Below are positions 53,340 to 64,000 of a stretch of 64,000 bases of DNA, in pieces. The position numbers were made by a program, and so were the translations under genes. The stretch is from Camelus ferus (taxonomy: Eukaryota): contig NC_045696.1 in NCBI RefSeq assembly GCF_009834535.1, forward strand, positions 21,578,001-21,642,000. Reading direction: 5' to 3'. The notes beneath the pieces are model-generated. The model was not told the origin of the DNA. It worked only from the letters and a program-made list of their open reading frames with translations, and did not search any database. The first letter of the stretch is position 1; each line of letters opens with the position of its first letter.

Positions 53340-53535
53340 AGGGTGTTCTATCTATTGCCTTATTTAATCATCAAACAGCCCTATGCAGAAGGGACTATTA
53401 TTATCTCCATATTGAAGATGGTGGAAATGTGGCAGGACATTTACTTAATCCCCCAAGTTCCTAGAGCGTGTGTTAGATCACCTGGGCTGTGCAATGAGGA
53501 AATCTGGCTCCAGACTCAACATTCTCAGTGGCTCT
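53340..53535 (-). mobile_element. MIR remnant
   Basis: 'ttatttaatcatcaaacagccctatg...actattattatctccatattgaagatggtggaaa'. Confidence 0.6.
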
Positions 53536-53605
53536 CCTATAGCTAAGTGTATTGAGATCTAAGACCTGAGACATGATGTCATAATTCATTTTTCTGACGC
53601 ACGGG

Positions 53606-53804
53606 CCAGTATTCTTTAAGTGTGCTAAGAGAACCAGAAGATAGTGGACCGTGTTGGGAGACTGAACTAAAAAGCACCTTCCTGGGTCAACTAGTGCCAA
53701 AGAAATCAGATTCCCTGAGGGTGGGTCTGGAAATTATTATTTATTTTTAATCTAACTTTAAGTACCCAGATGATTCTCAAACACATGAAATTTGTAAAAC
53801 ACTG
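53606..53804. mobile_element. MER5-like hAT-Charlie DNA transposon
   Basis: cagtattctttaagtgtg...aatcagattccctgagggtgggtctggaaat...ccagatgattct...aaaacactg. Confidence 0.65.
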
Positions 53805-54779
53805 TATGTTTTTTTAAAATAGGATCATGTCTGTGTTCTCAGCCCTGATATATACATTGTAGGCAAGGTCAGTAAATCTGTTAAATGAAATAAATTATAA
53901 AAGAATATATCAGGGTGTCAACAAATCATTTTTCTCCATAAATCAATAATTTTTAAAAAAATCAAAAAATATTTGTAGTAGACATTCCATGCATATATAT
54001 GTTAAGTCAAACCAGCCTTCTTGGTTTCTTTCCTCTTTTTTTGCTTTACTTAGTCCACCACAATGACAATCACACCTGTACACAGTTCTAGGATTTATGA
54101 AACACAAATGTGAAGAGTTCGGAATTTTTTTAAATATTGGTAACTGCTTTGAAAAATAAAAGAGGAATCCCTATGGGGATTTTACATATCCAAAGCACCA
54201 CACTTAGTGTTTTTAGAATCAAACATAGAGAGGGAAAAATATAAATTTTCTCCTTTTTAAAGGTAAAAATACTATAATTTTCACTACGAACTTTCTCAAG
54301 CAACTGTGTTCCCCATTTTCTTTAAATTTTTCCAGTAATTCCCAACTTTTCATTTACATATACAGCTAGGATCCCCAGTACTGAAACTTCACATGATGCT
54401 GCGCTGCACCTGTAACCCTCTTTCACAAAAGGATAATTCCCTTTCCACAACATTAGATATCTATGTCTTTTTTATATGAATGTTTGATTATTGTGTTATG
54501 TTGAAATGATCATTAGGGAAGACCACATATCTACGGTTATCTGTAGCTTTCTCTGAAAGTGATCGGGTTAATTGTATGTTAGATATATAACAATGAGGAA
54601 ATCCAATTTTGAAATGCCAACCAGAGAAAAACTATTTCCCCAGCTAATGGGTTTGAACATGGAAGATTATTCTGCCTATGCCCAGACGGTGTTGATTAAT
54701 GACAGTCTCTGCCCTACCTGGGCAGACCAGTACCTGCTCATGACCATTTTCCTTTATTGGACCGTAAGTTTAAAATAAT

Positions 54780-55135
54780 TGTTTTAAGCTGTTCAGGCTG
54801 CTATAAATAGCAAAACACTATAGTCAGGGGAGCTTATAAACAACAGAAATTTATTTCTCACAGTTGTAGAGGCTAGAAAGTCCAAGATCAGGGCACCTGC
54901 AGATTCTGTCCAGTGAGCTCCTTCATGGTTCATGGTTGCTGTCCTCTCCCTGTGTCCTCATGTGGTAGGAGGGAGGAGGGAGCTCCCTGGGGTCTCTTTT
55001 ACAAGGGCATTCATCCTATTCGCAAAGGCTCTACCCTTATAATCTAATCATGTTCCAAAGGCCCCACTTCCAAATACTATCATGTTAGGGGGTAGGTTTC
55101 AACACGTGAATTTTGGCTGGACACAGTCTATAGCA
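54780..55135 (-). mobile_element. MaLR LTR (MLT1A-like)
   Basis: 'ttcaggctgctata...cttataaacaacagaaatttatttctcacagttgtagaggctagaaagtccaagatcagggcacc...ctatagca'. Confidence 0.85.
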
Positions 55136-57474
55136 GTAAGTTATTTAAACCAGATATTTCTGTTTTGAAATTCTGTGTTAACCTGCTGTCTGCTAGTGGC
55201 TATTAACTATTATTTAAATGTTCTAGACTTAAGTTGTAGAATACAGTATTAAAGAGCAGCTCCCCTGAGGCCAGGTTTGATGGTAAGAGTGAAAATTAAC
55301 GTCAAGAGGAAATTAGCCAAAGGAGAAGGGGACTCATGGGACAAATTGAGAATCTCCCTCCATTTCAACAGAAGCTTCTGAATTTTATTTTAGAAAGATG
55401 GTAGCAGTTTCCTGAGATCCAGTCCCGTATGTTTCTTTTTTCCATCCAGCTTTAGTTCTTATTTTTGTCTCTTCTTCTGTGCTGTGTCCTCCTTTTGTAT
55501 TTTTCTATACTTATTTAATTAGATTTAGCTTGCTAATTTATTTGTAATTGTAAATATACGCAAACAAAATGTCCGCGGAGAGCCTTGGGTAAAGGGTGGG
55601 GAATACACAAAGCTGATATATCTGAACTTAATTTTTATTAATGTTCAGAGTCACCTGTTTCCTCTAACCTGTTCAATAATTTCTTTCATAATACTTTATG
55701 GTGAGTAACTGTATCTGTATCTCCGGAGTTGACTTTTTCTTTTTCAGGCTAACTGGAATTTATAAATCAGAAACATGCTAAAATATACTCTGTTTTCACA
55801 CTTTTTTTATTCACTCAGAACACTGTATGAACCCCAGAATGAAAAAGTCATGATAAACTTTGTGATAAATAGTTTGATTTTAGCTTAGGAGGAATTACCA
55901 TTGACTAACTGGGTAAAAAAAAAATAAGCAGTAATATTATGACTTCTTGTCAATTTGCTGAATAATTGAAAGAGACTCATAAGCTGTCACAAACTCAATC
56001 TAATAAGAGATGTAATTTGGAGGTTGTGGTGCTTTGGCCATGTGTGATGGAGCTGAGTTTCCACTCCCAAAGATGCCAAGGAAAATTGTGCATCATTAAA
56101 GAAAACCTAACACTGATGACTTTGAAAAATTTATTTAAAAGTATGAAGAACTAGTTTATAGCTTAATTTCCTTTTGGAATAAAAGTTTGAAAGTGTGAAT
56201 GACAAGATATATATATATATATATGTATATATATAGAAAATGCCCTTATTTGGTTCACATAAGTAGTCACGTGGTTTCATCACTTACAGTAGATAATCTG
56301 CTAGCAAATATATCAAGTGCATCTACGCCAAAAGTGAATGGGGCCAAAGTAGGATAAATATCATTCTCGGGAAAGATCCGTACTTGACGGAGAGAGCAGA
56401 GAAGATGTGAAAATAATGTTTTTTAAATAAAATTAATCAAAATCAAATTCAGAATAACTAAGACAGAACAGTTCATTGATATTAAAATGTAAACCATATC
56501 ATTGGAGAGATAGGAATTTTAATAACAAAAAAGACAATTGCAGTAAAGTAAGAAGACAGGAAAAGAAGGATAAAATGAATAGGAGATTGTGTTAAACTGA
56601 GGAAGAACTTGCTCACCAGAGGAGGGAACTTAATAAAAGCAATGTGCTCTAAAGCTGGTAACTTTCGTAATCTTACTTTTTGTCAAGAATCTCCTATATA
56701 TTCAATTGTTCAAATAGTTCATCTTACCTCTTGCTTTCAGGCAGTGCCTTGATTATTTTGCAGCATTGAAATAATTATCTTTAAAGCAGAAAATATATAT
56801 ATATTATTATCAATCACTATATTACACTGATTTCACTTCTAATCAGATCTTTAAAGAAAAGATATTACAATGAATGCCTATTTATTCATATGAATAGATC
56901 ATGATGAGAGTTTAACAAAGCCTTATTTGAAGTTTTAAAATGCACAATTATTCAAAATGCATGAATACTGTCTAATTGTTTAAAACATTGAGGTGCTTTC
57001 ATTATTTAATTTCAAATTTTAAAAATTTCACATTTAAAAATACATGTGTCCAAGATTCTGATATACACCAGATCTATGAAATTGGCAGGGAAATGGGATT
57101 TCAGCACTCAATGCTTTTTCCTTTCAGGTTACACCAGCTCTCTGTATTGACCCCCATGGAAAGATCTACCACTGCAGTTTGTCTAAGTAAATCCACAAAG
57201 GTAAGATTAGTCTATAACTTTCTCTGAGCACTTTGTCTGGGAATCCAGCAACCCCCATGCTCTTTAATTATAGGACTCCATAATAACTCCCTGCCTCCTT
57301 CACAACCATCCCACATGGGATGAAAATAGTCTATGCCCTTTTAAGTCATTATCTCAGACCTCTAATCTTTCTCAAGTGGTTTCTAGCTTTGGATAAGCCT
57401 CTCTGAACTGGGTTGCACTGTTATCTATTCAAAATATTTTACACTTTAATAAGAGATTTAAAGATGATATCCAG

Positions 57475-57600
57475 GGGGGAGGGTATAGCTTTGTGGTAGA
57501 GTGAGTTCTTAGCATGCACAAGGTCCTGGGTTCAATCCCCACTACCTCCATCAATCGATCAATCAATCAATAAACCTAGTTACTTCCCCCACCAAAAAAA
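57475..57600 (+). mobile_element. tRNA-derived SINE (camelid Vic-1-like)
   Basis: gggggagggtatagct..gtggtagagtg...ttagcatgcacaaggtcctgggttcaatccccactacctcca, then a (TCAA)n/aataaacct tail. TSD tgatatccag at 57465-57474 and 57607-57616. Confidence 0.9.
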
Positions 57601-59861
57601 TAGAGCTGATATCCAGTCTTTCCCCATGTTATAATTTTCTGCTTCTAAATCTAAGCAGCCTGTTCTTGTCCATCCGTAATTCCAGTTTAACATATACCTC
57701 TCCTTAATCTGCCTTCTCATTACTGATTGTTGCAACTTTGATCATGATGCTTTTATAAGTCCTAGTGTCTAAAATTAGCTCACCTCTTTTCAAAAGCCTG
57801 TTTCTCAAAGAAAAGGTGATGACTGCTATTTGAATTGGAAAAATAGTGCAACATTCTCAGCTATGTATTTTATACTTTGATGACTCTGATGCTTACAAGT
57901 TTTTATTAAAATTAAAAAACGTGTTCACTATCTTTCTCTGAAATTCTTCCAAAATTTTATTACATATGCTGAACAGACTACTCTAAGGAAAGATTGAAGA
58001 CAGCTGAAAAATAGGTGTTCTTGCCTTGTTATCATCAACTAAACTGTTCTTTTGCTGACTATCTCTGGGTACATCTTTTAACTTCTCTGAACTAGTTTCT
58101 CCATCAATAATATGATCACAGAAATCATTGCTTCCTTTAACATGGAGCTATTAGCAGAATTACATTAATTTTAAATGTAATGAACTATTTAAATGCAAAG
58201 CATTATAACAAAAAATACCATTTGCCATGGGTAAATTTGTAAAAGCAAATGCGGAGATGAATGCAGGCAAACCTCCAATGGCCAGCAGTAATTCCTGAGA
58301 ATCATGGTAGAGATTTTATCTAGAATTGGATGTAAAGGGAGAATTGACTTTTTAGAGTAGATTGTTTTCAACATTGTTTAACCATAGGAGAGAAGATTTA
58401 TAAGAAAGAATGTAGAGCATAGATTAATTAAAAGATTTAAAAGAAAACCATATGGATTAAGGAGCTTTGTGACTTTCAGAAAAAACAAATGAATGATCTA
58501 CAACATTCTGCATTAAAGCATTCTTTTGTGATGATTTGAAGTCATTAATTAAATAGAGTTCGGTGTTCTCTTAGAAAAATTTCAACTTCCTTTAAATGGT
58601 GGCTGTAAAAATTAATGTAAGCTGATGTGCACCCATGTCTGACACAGAGGTTTTCTGCTTTAGATTTATTTTCTAGGCCAACACTCACAGTGTGTCAATT
58701 TTCCACATGCCCCAAATTTCCACAAAAATTACTGAATGTATGTATGCATGCACATATATTTTGCATATAGTTAGAGTGTGATTTGTTATTGTATTATTGT
58801 TGTTTCTGTCAACATTCCTACTATGGCTCAGAATCAGGTTATAGTGTTGGCAGTAATTTATGATATGCAGTCACGTGAAGGTGCTTGAAAGAGACAGCAT
58901 AAAGGATCACACAGATGCCGAGCAATATTTATGGTTGCTGCTTAAACACTCAGTGTCTGTCTTTTACTTTACCATATGCTGATATAAAGGATGATGTGAA
59001 GAGGAATTAACAATGATGTTTACCTTTTCTTGAATAAGTATAGTTTTTGGATTTTATCTGAGGAAAGTGGAATAAAATGATGGACAGATGTTTTTCAAGT
59101 ATTTAAAATGAGAGAAAAGTCAATTACACAATCTCTGCAGAACTCCAGAACAAAATATTAATCTTAAGGTTTTACAAAATGTATAAAATTAGTGCCAGTG
59201 ACTGGAAGGTACAATATATTTGGCACTTACCAAAATCTGAGGTGACTGGCCTTTGGGGGTGGGGGGCTCGGTTTAAACTTTGTTATTTTGAAGAGAAATG
59301 ATGAGGCAGAAATTCCGAACGTTAATCAAAGTTTCTCCTGCTTTTTCATTTTCAACACAAGAGTGTTTAGTACGTGAACAGCATCAACCTGGCTTCATTC
59401 TGCTGTTCCTGAAATCTTTCCTTGTTTCATCAGTCAGGGTGGATCAGGTCACACCTCCCCATCAGTTGGAGTATTGGACTGCTTTAAAATTAAAAGGACA
59501 GATATTCTTAGCGATGGTAGAATATGGAAATGTCTCCATTGCCCCACTGAAGGTAGGTCTAGCAGGCAGGACGCTTGCTGTTATTTAATGTTAACATTAA
59601 AAAAGTACATTTGCATGCTTTATGAACTGAGATTTTCACAAGGTTATTTTAAGTTTTACCTGTTCAGTTTCTTTCCAAATAAGAATTTCATCCTTCTAAG
59701 AAAAGTACATAGAAATCTTTGTGTGACTTACTTTATTAAAATAGTTGTCATGAATAATTACTGTCAACTTTTTTCCAAGATAAAAAATTATGTGATGATT
59801 AATGAGTATAAAACTATAAAAAGACAATTTGACTATTTCCCATAATACCTAAGATATCCTG

Positions 59862-60285
59862 ACATATCAGTTTCCTGGGGCTGCCATAACAAAGTACCAC
59901 AAAGTGGATGGCTTAAAACAACAGAAATGTATTCTTTTCCTGTTCTGAAGGCTAGAAGTCTAAAATCAAAGTGTCAGCCAGGCTGTGTTCTCTCCCAAAC
60001 TTCTAAGGGGGTAATCCCTCCTTGCCTTTTTCCAGCCTTTGTTAGCCTCGGGCATCTCTTGGCTGGTGGCAACATAACTCCAATCTCTTTCTCTGTCTTC
60101 ATATGTCCATCTTTCTCATAAGGACGTCAGTCACATTGGATTCAAGGCACCCTACTCCAATATGAGCTCATCGTAACTTTACTATTTACATCTGCCATGA
60201 CCCTATTTCCCAACAAGTTCATGTTCTGAGGTATTGGAGGTTAAGACTTTACCTTTTTGGAGGTGGAACAATTCAACCCATAACA
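59862..60285 (-). mobile_element. MaLR LTR (MLT1B/C-like)
   Basis: 'agtttcctggggctgccataacaaagtaccacaaagtggatggcttaaaacaacagaaatg...aattcaacccataaca'. Confidence 0.85.
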
Positions 60286-60329
60286 TAACACAAAACTAAG
60301 CTTACATCATTTTTATGAGGTTACTCTAC

Positions 60330-60800
60330 ATTAGATAAGTTAGTTCAGAAGACTACCAGAGGAATAGTGTCTCCAACTAACAAAATAGTTCAGAGAAGTC
60401 TTATCAGAGGAGAACACCCTTGGAATAAGTCTTAAAGAATAAAAAAGAGGGCTCTAGGTAGCAAAGAGGAATGGAGAAGATAACTCTAGACTAAGAGGAC
60501 ACTTTATACTAAGGAGTGAGGTCATGAAAAAGCAAAATATAGTCCAGAACCTACAAATTATTTAGAATTAATGTTTCAGATAAGTGGTAGGAGCTGAAGC
60601 TTAAGATAAACATAAGAACATAATTTTATTAAAATTATTTGAATCATATTCCAAATTTTTTATTGTTTTTTGAAAAGCAAAGTGAAGTCATTAACACATT
60701 AAATTGTAAAAATAAAGGAGGTTTATCTTTGTGTTGTAGAAATCCAATCCTGAGGAAGTGCCAAGAGATAATCGGAAAGCACATTTGTCAAATGTTCAGA
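60330..60800 (-). mobile_element. L2 remnant
   Basis: Purine-rich, degenerate L2-like sequence ('gttcagagaagtcttatcagaggagaacaccct...gtcttaaagaataa'). Confidence 0.45.
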
Positions 60801-62019
60801 AAATGTACTCTGGAAATATTGTATGCATCCAGTTGATATTGCTAACTGTATAGATAAAGCTTTCGAAAGAGGAGGAACTTACAAAAATATATAAAAATTT
60901 TACTAAGTAATATTATATTGAATATTATATTGTATAATTTTTAAGTAAATTATTCAAGTTATCCAACAATGGATTAGGTTGCCTCATAAGATGATTTGGG
61001 AAATTTTCTTATTAAAAAAGAAGAAAAGATGTACACAATGATTAAAAATCAAAAACTTAATTTCTATTCAGGATGTTGGTTTAAATCAATCTGTTTACAT
61101 TCATTGAATATTGTCTTTAAGAAGACAAAGAAGATAAAGAAACAGGGGGAAACTTCTGAAATCTTTACTTGAAAAGGATGAAATTAAGGGAAATAACCAT
61201 AACAAAATTTATATAACATTGTCAACATAAGACTATAATTGAGGAATGTGTCAATATGACTGAAATTCAGCATGTGCTGAGGAAAAGTCTGTATGGGTAA
61301 TAAGTGCACAGGAATTCTGTCATAATCTGAGACATCTGAGACATGGCATGATAAAGCAATAAGATCCAAGTCTAGATCAGCTCTTGGGGCATTTGTAGCC
61401 CAGATGGAGCACACTTTTCTATTCTATAATCTGATGTAGCAGGTGAACAATTCCTTGTCTGTCTTTACTGGATATCTCCTCAGTCAAGGAAGGAAGCCAC
61501 CTGGACAATTTTCTGCCCACTCTTCTTGACCAGGAACAGTAGTCTTGGATTGATATTGACAAGACTTATGAGACATAGTAAATAATAAGACTCACGTGTC
61601 ACCCAGCATCAATTTGACTTACCTTCAAGAAAGGATCCAGGACAGGTCACACAGCACATATAGTGATAGCTAGTGGAGGTCATGTGACTCACAGGCACAG
61701 AAAGCAACATTTCTAAATCACTCTGCATTTGGGACATAGGCGTGCTAATAAAAGAAAAGGCTTACTGGTTGGGCACCACCTTAGCACAGGGAGGTTGTTA
61801 GTTCTGGAGTCGCTTCCATCTTCATACCTTGCTCGTCACATAGCTTCCTTGGGCTGTCTAGTGCCCTTCTCCAGTGTGCCTGCACCTCACCAATTACTGC
61901 TTACAGATTTCTTAGTAAGAATTTTGATAACACAAGACAGGCCCTGAATTGGCACAGAGTATATATTACTTTCCAAAGTTCATTTTGCTCCTGTGAATGT
62001 TCCTTAATTTAGTGTTGCA

Positions 62020-62600
62020 AGAGACATTTGACCAGAAGAAATGTCACAGATCAAATAATAATTCTTTCTTTCCAGAGAAATATTTCATTATTCTTTGCAA
62101 TTGGAGTCAATGAAAGAGAAAATTTTGAGACAATTAAAAATTGTTTTCAGATGATCAAACATGAGTACCAAATGGAAAAGTTCAAAGAAATGTATTGAAT
62201 ACTGAAGAAATATAAATCAAGGCCATAAAAGACCAACTGAAAACATTGAGAAATTGGAGGGATAAGCCTATATATTTATATACACACATATATGTGTTTA
62301 TATATGAACATTTATTAAGTGTTAAATGTTATCCATATGAAAATAAAGTAAAATTTAAGAGGCATGGATACTAAATCCAGTTTCTCTGTATGCAAATTGG
62401 GAATTCTAAAAAGAATTACATAGTCGAAGAAAAGGGATTAATTAAATGAATAATAGGCAGTTCCCTGATTTGAAGAAAGAGTTGAGTAAGCACATTTATT
62501 AGGCCAACTTCATGATAAAATATAAATCCCCAGACACACTTTGGTGACACTTTTGAATTTTAAGTATTTAGGAGGAGAGGACATTACAGAGTTACCATGA
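62020..62600 (+). mobile_element. HAL1/L1 ORF1-like ancient remnant
   Basis: A-rich ORF1-like pattern ('aattgggaattctaaaaaga...ttccctgatttgaagaaag...ccccagacacactttggtgac'). Confidence 0.45.
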
Positions 62601-63475
62601 AAGAAGCTCATGTCCAGTGAGCAAGGCTTTGGTCTTGAACATCACCAAAATCTGCTCCTACATCAGACAAAGGGGTTAAATCAAGAGCAATTAGAACCCC
62701 ACATCGCTGACTTTTTCTTGAGAGAAAATAAACCAGTGAATGGAAACGTCCTGTCTTCAATGGGACAGCCTTTGAGGAAATGGGTTTCCACGGAGCAGCT
62801 CTGTTTCTGAGAGTCAACTAGTCATAAGTGGCTTGGCTGTTACTAGAGTCCTCTACCAGCTGGGACTAAAACAAATAACTTCTGATTCCCAGAGCACAGT
62901 CCAAACAAAGGGTCTGACTGCTTCAGAACAGCCGCTTAATGATACAGAAAAGGTAAGGATTTTCTTTCCTAGTCTTTAGCATTTTGACTTTATTAAATTG
63001 TAATAGCAAGTGAGGTGGGGAAAGAGGAAAATAGGTAGGTCAAGAGTTAGACTAACCAGGATGTTTTGTTGAGGGCTGTGCACATTGACACCCTGATCAA
63101 AATTGGGGTTCTGTTAGCGAAGAAGAAGAGGGGCAGAATTTTGGTTATGCAGGCAATCCTGTCTGCCCCAGATGGACACAAATGAGCAAGTGGCAGGTGG
63201 GGAGCTGAAACATTCTCCGAGGGCTGCTGCAGTGTACACATTCCCTGTTAACATGATGCTGAGAGCAGATCATTTTCTCTGCAAGAACCAAGTAACCAAC
63301 CAGCAAAACTAAGTCACAGTGAAAGGAGTTCCAATAACATCATAATACTCACAAACTCCAAAAGGGATTAATTCACTCTAAATCGGCATGGTGGAGGGTA
63401 GAAATGTTAGTTTATTTTTTTGTTCCATAAAATTTAACTAAAATTTTATTTTGTTGTTTTAATGCCTACTCTTTT

Positions 63476-63560
63476 TCTTATTTATTTATTTATTTATATT
63501 GAAGTATAGTCAGTTACAATGTGTCAATTTCTGGTGCACAGCACAACGTCCCAGTCATAA
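63476..63560 (-). mobile_element. 85-bp, severely 5'-truncated lineage-specific L1 with TSD
   Basis: (TTTA)n tail then 'ttgaagtatagtcagttacaatgtgtcaatttctgg'. 15-bp TSD aatgccta(c/t)tctttt at 63461-63475 and 63561-63575. Confidence 0.9.
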
Positions 63561-64000
63561 AATGCCTATTCTTTTAATACCTCCTATTTTGACATGGGGG
63601 TAAACTAGGAAGAACTGAAATATATTATCATTATATGATTCATTGGTAAACCATCTGGCAACACATTTTTCCACCACTTTATTTTTCAAATTTTGTCAAT
63701 TATTATGTACAATTTTAGGAGAAGGAAATCTTTGGTGAGCAGGAAATAAGCTGAGTTCACCAGACCTTCATAATGGAGCACATGTGATTGAGGGTACCAA
63801 CTCATCAGAAAGGACGTTTTAATAAAACCAAGAAACAGAAAGTTTTTTAACCAGAGAGTTATTGTCATTGAATTCAGCTCCTCATGGAGTCCCTTGCTCT
63901 ACAGGTCATACTAGTGCCCAGGAGGGCAGCACCCTGCGGCCAAATCATCTTCCCTAGGTTGAATCCTGAATCGGCCACTTCCTCGCTAAGTGACAATGGA

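Noticed and set aside
57475..57550. tRNA gene (also 2900-2972)
   Set aside because: The acceptor stem is poor, and A-rich tails plus target-site duplications identify both as SINEs.

Overview
Mammalian, AT-rich, repeat-dense genomic DNA with no recognisable intact protein-coding gene, RNA gene or CRISPR array. It is intergenic or deep intronic. Two tRNA-derived SINEs resembling the camelid Vic-1 family suggest a camel, alpaca or llama assembly (inference). From about 11.6 to 22.8 kb the sequence is an almost continuous retroelement stack. It comprises a 5'-inverted L1, then a minus-strand, doubly deleted class I ERV (5' LTR, tRNA-Ile-like PBS, gag-MA joined directly to RT, RNase H and IN core; no env or 3' LTR). 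That ERV abuts the MLT2 LTR of a decayed plus-strand ERV-L provirus, which carries a nested solo LTR in pol and runs into a 100-N gap. The rest of the window holds three more solo ERV1-type LTRs with 4-bp TSDs, two more twin-primed L1s, MaLR LTRs, MIR/L2/HAL1 remnants, MER2/MER5/MER45-type DNA transposons and microsatellites. The most unusual non-TE signal is an 8-unit 16-bp minisatellite at 4817-4942, in which seven units carry a perfect TGACTCAGCA (ARE/NF-E2/AP-1) motif. I found no convincing evidence of a new biological system. Repeat subfamily names come from recognising consensus-like sequence by eye and need RepeatMasker/Dfam confirmation.
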